NCBI GenBank assembly: GCA_965219445.1
Contig: CBDCNQ010000004.1
Coordinates: 480,001 to 544,000, forward strand
Direction of reading: 5' to 3'
Source of the DNA: Longimicrobiales bacterium
Lineage (GTDB): Bacteria; Gemmatimonadota; Gemmatimonadetes; Longimicrobiales; Gaopeijiaceae
Length of the DNA: 64,000 nucleotides
Below, one piece after another: positions 19,345 to 28,020 of the stretch (the stretch's first letter is position 1; each line of letters opens with the position of its first letter). Position numbers and translations under genes: made by a program. The notes below the pieces were generated by a model. The model worked only from the letters and a program-made list of their open reading frames with translations, was not told the DNA's origin and did not search any database.

Positions 19345-19878
19345 ATGTTCGATATCTCCCACGGTCGCACGATCAGCGCGCGCGGGTGGAGATCAGTGAG
19401 CCCGCCGAGCGCCACGCGCCGGGACATCGTGAAGTCCGAGCTTAATGCGATGGCCACCAACCACGGCTTCGCCGTTGAGAAGGTGGAGGTCGCGGACGAC
19501 GAGTCTTTGCTGATATCCCTTCAAGTGAAGGGAGACACGATTACTGAGCAGACGACGGAAATCCTTTCGGGCTTCGGCGGGACGAGGCGGCGCTACCATC
19601 AGACGGTGCGTACGGAGTGGGGGCCGCTCCGCCAACAGGTGTACGGCTTCCTGCAAACGACGCTTGATGCCCACGACGGCTATGTTGTTGTCAGAGTGAC
19701 CGTTGTGGGAAAGGACGGCGAACAGAGCTTGGGAGAACTCGAGGCTCCCCGCGCCGAACGTGAGGCAATGTTCCACGGCGAAGAGGTCGAGTCGATCAGG
19801 GCAAGACTCCCCGTCGACACCCTCTCGGACGAGAGCATTCCTGTCATCCTCAAGGGGCCCATCGTACCTGTCGCGTAG
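19345..19878 (+). CDS. Hypothetical protein (start uncertain)
   Basis: Open frame with protein-like composition; no family recognised. Confidence 0.45.
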   Translation: MFDISHGRTISARGWRSVSPPSATRRDIVKSELNAMATNHGFAVEKVEVADDESLLISLQVKGDTITEQTTEILSGFGGTRRRYHQTVRTEWGPLRQQVYGFLQTTLDAHDGYVVVRVTVVGKDGEQSLGELEAPRAEREAMFHGEEVESIRARLPVDTLSDESIPVILKGPIVPVA

Positions 19879-19995
19879 CGAAACGATCATCTGCGCGATG
19901 TCGTTCTATGGTCCAAGACGAGTCAGCTTCGGGGCCACAACGCATACGAAAGCGCATTCGTTTGGCTCACTCCGACGGCAGGACAGAACGAGAAG

Positions 19996-20026
19996 ACGGC
20001 CACCTCCGAACGATGGGGGTGGCCGT
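19996..20026. repeat. REP-like palindrome, copy 1
   Basis: ACGGCCACCTCCGAACGATGGGGGTGGCCGT; near-identical copy at 24028. Confidence 0.6.
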
Positions 20027-20108
20027 TGGATCGCGTCCGCGTCCGGGGGAATCCCAACCCTACCGAAGCCCGTCCGGGGTTCAGACAGACGTTCGATCCC
20101 CTCTCTGG

Positions 20109-21296
20109 CTACATTCCTGAGACGTACTTCGTAATTGCCCCGTCGACCACCGGTCGGGACTGCGGCCCCTCCGCCGCGTAAACGTTTCCATCCGCGTCCA
20201 CGGCCACACCCTGCCCGGCCAAGCCAAGGGGGCTGTGATCCGCCGGGTGGGGGGGGATAAACCCGGTAACTCGGTCCTCGAGAGCACTTCCGATACGGAT
20301 GCCGTTTATCCAGCCGGGATGGTTTATCACCCTTGTCTCCGCGTCGATCACGTACAGCCGATCATCGGGGGTAATGAAGATGCCGCTGGGCCGGCTGTAC
20401 TGATAGTAGGAGTCGACGTAGTTCCCTTCCTGGTCGAAGATCTGAATGCGATTGTTGCCCCGGTCCCCGACGAAGAGCCGACCCTGAGAGTCCATCGCGA
20501 TGGAGTGAGGAGTCCGAAACTCACCCGGAGCATTCCCGATCCTTCCCCACTCCATGATGAAGTCGCCGTTAGGCGCAAACTTCATGATTCGCCCGGTGGA
20601 GCCGGGAGGTGGATTCTCGTTCTGGCCACTGTGACCGTCCGCGACGAAGATGTCCCCGTTTGGGGCCGTGACCACATCGCAGGGCTGACTAAAGTGGTTT
20701 GGACCGCTTCCGGGCACGCCGGCCGTGCCTAGCCGCATAACGATCTCACCTTCCGGGCTGAACTTGATCACCTGGTGACCTTTCGTTCCTTCCTCGTTGC
20801 CCGAGGAGTCGGTCACCCACACGTTCCCCACGCTGTCCACGTGAATGCCGTGCGGGCTTATGAACGACCCGCCTCCAAAGCTCGTCAACGGCTCCCCTGT
20901 ATTCCGGTCAAGTTTGACGATCGGGTCGAGAAGGCTGTCCTCGCAACTGAGGCCATAACTTACGTTGCCACATCGGTCATAGGTCCATATGTGTCCGTCC
21001 GGCCCAATGTCGACGTCCGCACTAGACCCCCATTCGCGACCATCCGGCAGGCGTCCCCAGTTCGTGATGACCGCTGGATTGGGGTTCGGCAGGTTGTTTA
21101 GCACGGGGTCGGTGACGTCATCCGCCGGGGTGCCCGTAGTACCGATGGGCGGCAGGTCGAAGGCAGACGCTTCGTCACTCGTCTGTCCGTCTTCACTGGC
21201 GGGCAGTTGATCACTGCCCGGCCCACCGCATCCCACGAACAGCGTCAGGGCGATGCCCAGGAGACTTGTGATTTTCGAGCGACCGGACCGCGGCAT
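20109..21296 (-). CDS. NHL-repeat beta-propeller lipoprotein (peptidyl-alpha-hydroxyglycine lyase-like)
   Basis: Lipobox-like FVGC; PHGIHVD, QPCDVVTAPNGDIFVADGH, FRTPHSIAMD, GDRGNNRIQIFD repeats. Confidence 0.85.
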   Translation of the reverse strand: MPRSGRSKITSLLGIALTLFVGCGGPGSDQLPASEDGQTSDEASAFDLPPIGTTGTPADDVTDPVLNNLPNPNPAVITNWGRLPDGREWGSSADVDIGPDGHIWTYDRCGNVSYGLSCEDSLLDPIVKLDRNTGEPLTSFGGGSFISPHGIHVDSVGNVWVTDSSGNEEGTKGHQVIKFSPEGEIVMRLGTAGVPGSGPNHFSQPCDVVTAPNGDIFVADGHSGQNENPPPGSTGRIMKFAPNGDFIMEWGRIGNAPGEFRTPHSIAMDSQGRLFVGDRGNNRIQIFDQEGNYVDSYYQYSRPSGIFITPDDRLYVIDAETRVINHPGWINGIRIGSALEDRVTGFIPPHPADHSPLGLAGQGVAVDADGNVYAAEGPQSRPVVDGAITKYVSGM

Positions 21297-21413
21297 GACA
21301 GCCTCCCTTGACGTTCAGAGTTCGGGGGTGCACTCAGGGTCCTGCAGGCCAAACCCACGTGGCGGAACGCGCCAGGCCCTGAGCCGCCCCCAAGAGTGGT
21401 ACCACCTAGAGTG

Positions 21414-21596
21414 TTAGTCCAACCGCCTCATTTTGCCTGGGGTGAGGTCCAGTAGCAAGGGCAGGCCCGCGAAGTTCGGCAAGATGGCAGTCATGATGAA
21501 GACCAGACCGAACGGTATCATAACCGCTTGGTTGTAGTCCTCATTCGCCACGGCCATGACGATCAAGGCGATACCAATCAGTGCAAAGAAGATCAA
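21414..21596 (-). CDS. Small hypothetical membrane protein (possibly truncated)
   Basis: 60-aa ORF with two hydrophobic segments; start uncertain. Confidence 0.35.
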   Translation of the reverse strand: MIFFALIGIALIVMAVANEDYNQAVMIPFGLVFIMTAILPNFAGLPLLLDLTPGKMRRLD

Positions 21597-22021
21597 GCGT
21601 CAAAGCCCCCCAACTGGATGATGACCATGGCAACACCTCCCAGGGTTAATCGTAGAAATACATCGTATCTCTATTGTGAGACAGCGACGAGCGATGGGAT
21701 CGGACATGGAGCGGTCCCCGAAGCGAGAAGAGCGGTGCCCCATCTTATCGGACGACCAGCGTATACGCCAAGGCTACGGTGGGGAAATTCTACCCGCCCC
21801 ACTGACGGGACCCGACTTCTTGACTGCTCAAAAACGCTCTTCGAGAGAGGTGAACAGTGTTGAACGGTGAAATGGAATCGGAAAAATTTCAGGGGGGGGT
21901 ACGGGGGTCGCCGGAATCCGGTATGAGACCCAACCGCAACAACCGTTCTCACGTAGACTATATGTAGACTACGACCAATGACGAGAAGCAGCACAAAGCG
22001 GAAAAGCCTTGTGCTGCCTAG

Positions 22022-22096
22022 TGGGCGGTACAGGATTCGAACCTGTGACCTCCTGGGTGTAAACCAGGCGCTCTGAACCAACTGAGCTAACCGCCC
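22022..22096 (-). tRNA. tRNA-Val(TAC)
   Basis: GGGCGGTTAGCTCAG...CCTGG-TTTACAC-CCAGG...GGTTCGAATCC...CCGCCCA cloverleaf; CCA not encoded. Confidence 0.97.
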
Positions 22097-22326
22097 GTGC
22101 ATACTCCTTCCTCTGCTTACAGCGCCTCTCTGAGCGTGCCACCTTGCAACACAACTCGGAGCATGGTCTCCTGGTCCGCCTGCTGATAAACCTGGCGAAG
22201 CGTGTTGGAGTTGGTCCACCCCCCAGCGGCAGCCCCGACGATCACAACGGCTTCCACAGAGACAAAGCCAGTCGGAGATCTGCCCTCATTTCGGTCAGCG
22301 TCAGGATATCTCGCCGACAGCTTCGG

Positions 22327-22790
22327 TCATCGGACCCTCACCCACCGATTGAGGGCCTGCAGGTAATTCATGACTTCCAAGCTCTCTCTATTGATACCCA
22401 AGACCGTTCTGGCACTCCGTAGCGCCGACCTCGCCACCTCGCCCGCTAGCTCGCCCCCTTCACCGCCCGAACTCTCCAGCCCGAGGCACGTGACCTCTTC
22501 CGGCGATGAGATCTCGGTCACCTCCACCCGGACGTCGCCTTCCCGGCCACTCCAGAGCTTGCTCACTCGCGCCTTCGTTACCGTCACGATTCGAATGTTC
22601 GAGTCGCTCCTGGTCAAGGTATCGAAAGTCAGATTCCGGTCGAGGGGCTCCTCGGGGAAGGGCGGCAGGGTGATGCTTACGTCGGCAAACTCGCGTCCGA
22701 GGCTCTCGAGTCCCCGGCGTGACGTCCTCAGGATCGGCCGTGGCCTCCGCGGCCCTCTCCACTCCGGAGCCTTGTGGGCTTCCGAACCGC
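22327..22790 (-). pseudogene. Possible degraded gene remnant
   Basis: The frame of ORF 22327..22617 stays open upstream with protein-like sequence (LESLGREFADVSITLPPFPEEPL...VRVEVTEISSPEEV...NYLQAL) but has no convincing start. Confidence 0.3.
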
Positions 22791-22934
22791 AGTCAAGCCG
22801 TTGTTATGTTTCCCGTTCGCACTACGTTGCTGGTGGCGGCGGCCTGAGGCGCCCGACGGTAGCGACGCCTAGATAGCCAGGAGCAGCCCGCTGCGCCCTG
22901 GGGTACCACTAGATCGGTTACGCAGGCCTCCTCC

Positions 22935-24014
22935 ATGCTTCCGTCAGTCATGCACGCCCAGACTTCATCAACGCGCTTACGTCGCCGATGGCTGCGCGCC
23001 GTTCTCATGCTCGCAGCGGGTGCGTTCTTGCTCCTGGGCGGGATGACCCTATGGTTGCTGCGCGACCCCGCCCCCTGGTTCGCCGAGCAGAGGTCGGCGC
23101 TGGTAGCGGTCGAGGAAGGGCCGGTGGATGTGTCGGCTGGTCATGTCTCGCAGCCCGTTCGACTGCGGGCCTTGAGCGGACTCTCGGTCGACCTCCTTGT
23201 CCGGGCCCCTGACAGCCCGCCAGAGGAGAACCTCGCGCCGGCCGCGGAGGAACCCTCGCCGGTAGGGGATGACCCGGAAGCAGCGGGCACCGGTGCCTCT
23301 TCGCCCCTTAGCGGCGGGAAAGACGGGTCTGGTGGCCGGCCGCTGCTCCTCATCCTCGGCGGGTATCGCACCGGAGAGCAAGCGGCGATGCTCGTCGAAG
23401 ACACCCGGGGCACGGTGGTCGCGGCGATGGCGTACCCGTACGACGGTCCGGTGAACATCGAGGGCCTTGCGGTCCTGAAGTACGTCCCGCGGATCCGGCG
23501 GGCCTTCCTCAATACGCCACTAGCGGTCCAACTCGCTCTCGACCACTTGCTCTCACGTTCGGACGTGGATCCCACGCGCGTCGAGCTCGTCGGCGTGAGC
23601 TTCGGGTCGTTCTTCGCGGCGGTTGCGGCTGCGCTGGACCAGCGAGTCACGAGGCTCTGGCTGATTCACGGCGCGGGGCAACCATATACACTTTTCGAGC
23701 ACAGCCTCAAGCGCTCCGTACCCCACAGGGCACCACGGGCGGCCGTTGCGGCCGTTGCCAACGTCCTGGCGGCCGGGCCGAGGCTCGCTCCGGAGCTGTG
23801 GGTGTCACAGGTCGCGCCCAGACCGGTCATCATGATCAACGCCTTGGACGACGAGCGTCTGCCGCGAGACGCGGTGGAGGCGCTCTACGCCAGCGCCCGC
23901 GAGCCGAAGGAGCAGATCTGGCTCACTGGACAGCACGTCCAACCGAACCGCCAAGAGATCGTTCGACAGTTGGTTGACGTGGTGCTGTCGCGCGCGGCGG
24001 AACCACCCGACTGA
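22935..24014 (+). CDS. Membrane-anchored alpha/beta hydrolase
   Basis: N-terminal [15 protein letters not shown] nucleophile elbow; APRPVIMINALDDE (Asp); EPKEQIWLTGQH (His). Confidence 0.8.
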   Translation: MLPSVMHAQTSSTRLRRRWLRAVLMLAAGAFLLLGGMTLWLLRDPAPWFAEQRSALVAVEEGPVDVSAGHVSQPVRLRALSGLSVDLLVRAPDSPPEENLAPAAEEPSPVGDDPEAAGTGASSPLSGGKDGSGGRPLLLILGGYRTGEQAAMLVEDTRGTVVAAMAYPYDGPVNIEGLAVLKYVPRIRRAFLNTPLAVQLALDHLLSRSDVDPTRVELVGVSFGSFFAAVAAALDQRVTRLWLIHGAGQPYTLFEHSLKRSVPHRAPRAAVAAVANVLAAGPRLAPELWVSQVAPRPVIMINALDDERLPRDAVEALYASAREPKEQIWLTGQHVQPNRQEIVRQLVDVVLSRAAEPPD

Positions 24015-24027
24015 ATGCCGCCCTCGA

Positions 24028-24057
24028 GGCCACCTCCGAAGCTGGGGGGGTGGCCGT
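24028..24057. repeat. REP-like palindrome, copy 2 (possible terminator of hydrolase gene)
   Basis: GGCCACCTCCGAAGCTGGGGGGGTGGCCGT, 13 nt after the stop codon. Confidence 0.6.
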
Positions 24058-24150
24058 CCTCTTTGTGGCCCCTCGCGCTCAGCCCACAACTCCCTCACGT
24101 TGAGGTGTCCTCAGTTCGTCACGAAAGAACCCCGGCAGGAGGGGAGAGAC

Positions 24151-24525
24151 TTGAAGCGCGGCATCCTGGTCCTGACGCTCATAGCGTTGGCAGGTTGTGG
24201 TGATACTGGGACAGGGGTTCTTCGGACTGCCAACCTGGTGAGGGAAGGCACGGGCGTGTGGACGAACTGTAGCTTCGGGATTTGCGATTTCGTGGGCGAT
24301 GCCCGAAACATAGGCGAAGGCTGCGCCGAAGAGGTTAGGGCCGTGATCAAGTTTTTCGACACCGCCGGCGTACAGCAAGGGCCTTCCGAGGACTGGAGGC
24401 TCCCTTCTTTCCGTGTGATCCGGCCTGGCGAGGCGTTCATCTATGAAGTCGTTTCCTCCGAAACGATCATGGACGCCACCGCGTCGAGCCAAATCGAGTT
24501 TTCGTGGACGGATACCGAGTGCTAG
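24151..24525 (+). CDS. Small lipoprotein (FxLYD-like Ig-type fold suspected)
   Basis: GGAGGGGAG RBS, TTG start, MKRGILVLTLIALAGC lipobox; GDARNIG...IKFFD...IRPGE pattern. Confidence 0.65.
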   Translation: MKRGILVLTLIALAGCGDTGTGVLRTANLVREGTGVWTNCSFGICDFVGDARNIGEGCAEEVRAVIKFFDTAGVQQGPSEDWRLPSFRVIRPGEAFIYEVVSSETIMDATASSQIEFSWTDTEC

Positions 24526-24656
24526 TCGGTTGACTGCCCATCCTCTTGGGGGCCGATAATCAACCCGGTTACCCTCGATCGACAATCGATGTTGTTCCTG
24601 TTCAGCGGCCGACTAAACTTGCAAGTAATTACGACGTGCTTACGGGAGGCATGCAA

Positions 24657-25009
24657 ATGAAAACCAAGATCGTTCGAATCGGAAACTCAAGAGGCGTCCG
24701 AATCCCGAAGCCTCTGCTCGAGGAGGCGGGGCTGGAGGACCAGGTGCGATTGAGAGTCGTCGAAGGGTGGTGCTTTCTCCGGACGAACTGAATCGACACC
24801 TCAACACCGTCGTGGTGGCTCCAATGACGACCGGCGGGCACCCGTATCCGTTTCGAATCGCTTGCCGTTTCCAGAAGCGAGACGGATTCGTGGTGCTGGA
24901 TCAATTGAGGGCCGTCGATACACATCGACTGATGCGAAAACTTGGACGCCTCAGCCCCCAGGCGACCGCCAGTTCACTCAGTGTATTGGAGGAGATGTTC
25001 ACCGAATGA
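24657..25009 (+). pseudogene. Internally deleted AbrB/MazE antitoxin - PemK/MazF toxin module
   Basis: MKTKIVRIGNSRGVRIPKPLL (AbrB N-terminus) is joined out of frame near 24766 to VVLSPDELNRHLNTVVVAPMTT...LDQLRAVD (MazF lacking its N-terminus). Confidence 0.85.
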
Positions 25010-25031
25010 TTCTAAAGGCTTCGCGCAGGTC

Positions 25032-25295
25032 CTATTCGTCGTCACCGCCCGGGTCGCGCAAGAACTCATCCTGGGCCTCGAGCCACGTCGCGAACTCGCT
25101 GTCCATCCACGGGCGCGTCAATGGCCAGTCTGCACCGAGGACCTTGGCCTGGGAAACCATATTCGCGATCGCGAGCTCCGCAGCATCTTTGACCCTCATG
25201 TTGAGGTAGCCGGAGTATCGCTCCAGCTCGGTGTACAGGTCGGTCGGAATCCTTAGTGTGACCTGTCTTCTGTCACCATTACCCGGTTGTCCCAT
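25032..25295 (-). CDS. Hypothetical 87-aa protein, possible ribbon-helix-helix
   Basis: AGGAGG RBS; RQVTLRIPTDLYTELE resembles an RHH beta-strand/helix start. Confidence 0.55.
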   Translation of the reverse strand: MGQPGNGDRRQVTLRIPTDLYTELERYSGYLNMRVKDAAELAIANMVSQAKVLGADWPLTRPWMDSEFATWLEAQDEFLRDPGGDDE

Positions 25296-25320
25296 ACGGT
25301 CCTCCTAAGCGAAGAGAGCC

Positions 25321-25527
25321 TTACAGGATGATCGCCAGTGGCACCAGGAATACGTAACCCAGAACGAGTAGGATCGGAGCCCACGTGATGGAGCCTATAG
25401 AGAGAAGCCAGTAGCCGAGCGCAATGGTCACGAGGGCTCCGGCCGCGAACGCGAGGTTGATCCTCGAGAACTGTAGCGACGCCTTACCCGCCCCAACCGC
25501 ATCGCCGCGTTCTTTTTTCTTGCTCAT
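25321..25527 (-). CDS. Small membrane protein, DUF3098-like
   Basis: FSRINL...IALGYWLL...APILLVLGY...PLAII pattern. Confidence 0.7.
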   Translation of the reverse strand: MSKKKERGDAVGAGKASLQFSRINLAFAAGALVTIALGYWLLSIGSITWAPILLVLGYVFLVPLAIIL

Positions 25528-25581
25528 GGCCCAGATCCTATTTCAGGGGACCTACTCAGGATAAACGACCGAGCCCGGACC

Positions 25582-26949
25582 TCACAGGCCGAGCCGCTCC
25601 ACGTACCGGGTGAGCCGGGACCGAGAGATCCCGAGAAGCGAGGCGGCTTCCGTCTTGTTTCCGTCCGTTTGCTCCAGGACACGCCGGATTTGGCCCTCGA
25701 TCGCTGCGTCCAGCGTCAGATCGCCCTCAGGCACGCGACCCGAGCCCTTCGGCGACACACTCACGTCGGCATGGATCCCGAGCGTGAGATGGTCCGGACC
25801 CACCAACGGCCCCCTCGCCACGATGGCGGCACGGGTCAACGCGTTTTCGAGTTCGCGCACGTTACCGGGCCAATCGTACTCCTCAATACGGGCCATCGCA
25901 TCGTCCGAGATCGCCCCACCGTGGCTCCCGTCTCACGGCGGATGCGCCCGAGAAGATGCTGCGCGAGAAGAGGGATGTCCGCCTTCCTATCACGCAGGCT
26001 CGGGACGTAGATCTCCACGACCCGCAGACGGAAGTAGAGATCCTCACGGAACCCGCCCTCGGACACCAACTCTTCCATGGGCTGATGCGTGGCAGCCACG
26101 ACACGCGCCTCGGTCGTCTTGGGCTGTTCACCGCCAACCGGATTGCCGTTCCTGAAGCACCCGAAGGAGCTTGGACTGAAAGTCCGGGGACGTGTCCCCG
26201 ATCTCGTCGAGGAAGATCGTGCCCCGCCCCGCGAGTTCGAAATACCCCTTTTTCCCTCCTACTGCGCCGGTGAACGCCCCACGTACATGTCCAAAGAGCT
26301 CCGATTCCAGCAGCGTATCGGTGAGCGCGGTACAGTTGACCGCGATAAACGGCTCATCCGAGTGAATCGAGTGGTCGTGCACGGCCCGGGCGATCATCTC
26401 CTTGCCCGTGCCCGTCTCTCCTCTCACCAGGACGGTAGCCCGATTCCGGGAAAGCACTCCGATCATCTTGTAGATCTCGATCATCCGGGGATCCCGGCCA
26501 ACCACTTTTCTGGCCCCCGCGTCGGACTCGGCGCCGTCTGGCTCTTCGCCCTCTGCCTCCCGCTGCTCCACGGCGGCTCGATTGACCTCCTGATCGCTCA
26601 GACAACGATCCACGACCGCCTCTAGTTCTTTGAGCCCCACGGGCTTCACGAGGTAGTCGAAGGCGCCGGACTTCATGGCCTCCACGGCGGACGTCATCGT
26701 GTCGTGTCCCGTCATGACGATCACGTCGACGTACTCCATGGACTCCCGGATTCGGCTCAAGAGCTCGAGCCCCGTCATCTCAGCCATGCGTACATCGGTG
26801 ACGACCAGAGCCGGATCGAAGGCGCTGACCTTGGCGAGGGCGACCTCCGCGCTGTCCGCTTCGTCAATCTCGTGACCCGAATATTCGAGCTTCTCTCGAA
26901 AAAGGGATCGGAGGTCGGCGTCGTCGTCGACCAGAAGAATGCGAGACAC
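25582..26949 (-). pseudogene. Sigma54-dependent response regulator (REC-AAA+-Fis HTH) with two frameshifts
   Basis: LLVDDD/TDVRM receiver; GETGTGKE, GAFTGA, FLDEIG; FREDLYFRL; WPGNVRELEN and HTH are split over three frames (lesions near 26142 and 25915). Confidence 0.88.
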
Positions 26950-26982
26950 GTTGGATCCTTTCTAGGAGCGCGTTGCCAACTC

Positions 26983-28020
26983 TTACTCCACCCCGTCCGG
27001 GTCGGGTCCAGCATCACGATCCTGTAAACCTTCATGGGTCAGCCAGAAGCTGGGCCGATCCGGGATATCCACCGCTCTGAGTCGGGCCATCCGCTCCCGC
27101 CCTACCCTCCTCCGAACCCCCACCATGGCAACGAGCAGCAGGCTCAGAAACATCCAAAAGACCGCCGAATGGGAGAGGACGAAGAGCCACCCGTAGCGCT
27201 CTTCAACGTAGCGCCGCCAGTCCTCCTCGAATTGGCCGGTCGTGGTTCCGAACGTGGCTCGAAAGGCCCGCTCGAAGTTTCCATCGTCCTTCCACCGTCG
27301 GAGCAGCACCTCTAGCGCCCGCGGCCCACCTTCCACCACCAAGTATTCCACGGTGGTGGCCGACAGAAGATACGCGATGCGAGCCCTGGACTCATCCCTC
27401 GGCCACGAAAAAGTGAGGGAGTCGAGCGGGCTGCCCCCTCGGGCCAACGCGATCCGAAGTTTCCAGCCCTCGCTCCAGTCCCAGCCGCCGCTCGCCCACT
27501 GAGCGTATCCCTCGGAGAACCAACGGGGCAAGCGGAGTCCCTCCAAGTATTGATGTAGGCCTATGTGCGCCCATTCATGCCGCAGGGTACGGGCGTCACT
27601 CCAGCCCGCGCCCCGCTCCGATGCGAACGCCGGAACGACAATCGTCGACTGGACTGGCAACGCCACACCGGCGCCCCAGTCCGGGGCCGCTCCCCCGGTG
27701 AGGCGAACGAACTGGTCTTCGTCCGGGGCTAGCACGAGAAGGACGCCGCTCGGTACCCCCGGGGGCAGACCTGGTAGTGGGGCCGCGCCATCTAAAGTGC
27801 GGAGCACTCGGACAGCCTTGACCGAATCGGCGGAAACGAAAGCGACGGTGGCCCGCGCCCCGGCCAGGTACCGGCCGTCCGGAAGCCTCAGCCCGGCGTC
27901 GTCCTGCCACCGCACGTCCGCGGCGGCCGCGTCCTGCACGTCAGGGCTCTGCCTACTCCCGTCCAGTCCGACCGTATCCTGCCCGATCGCGAGAATCAGG
28001 GCCAGGACGGTCGGAATCAC
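26983..28020 (-). CDS. Peptidase MA-like zinc metalloprotease-family membrane protein
   Basis: LRHEWAH (HExxH) and LPRWFSEGYA motifs; C-terminal TM; start overlaps the upstream gene's stop. Confidence 0.75.
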   Translation of the reverse strand: MIPTVLALILAIGQDTVGLDGSRQSPDVQDAAAADVRWQDDAGLRLPDGRYLAGARATVAFVSADSVKAVRVLRTLDGAAPLPGLPPGVPSGVLLVLAPDEDQFVRLTGGAAPDWGAGVALPVQSTIVVPAFASERGAGWSDARTLRHEWAHIGLHQYLEGLRLPRWFSEGYAQWASGGWDWSEGWKLRIALARGGSPLDSLTFSWPRDESRARIAYLLSATTVEYLVVEGGPRALEVLLRRWKDDGNFERAFRATFGTTTGQFEEDWRRYVEERYGWLFVLSHSAVFWMFLSLLLVAMVGVRRRVGRERMARLRAVDIPDRPSFWLTHEGLQDRDAGPDPDGVE

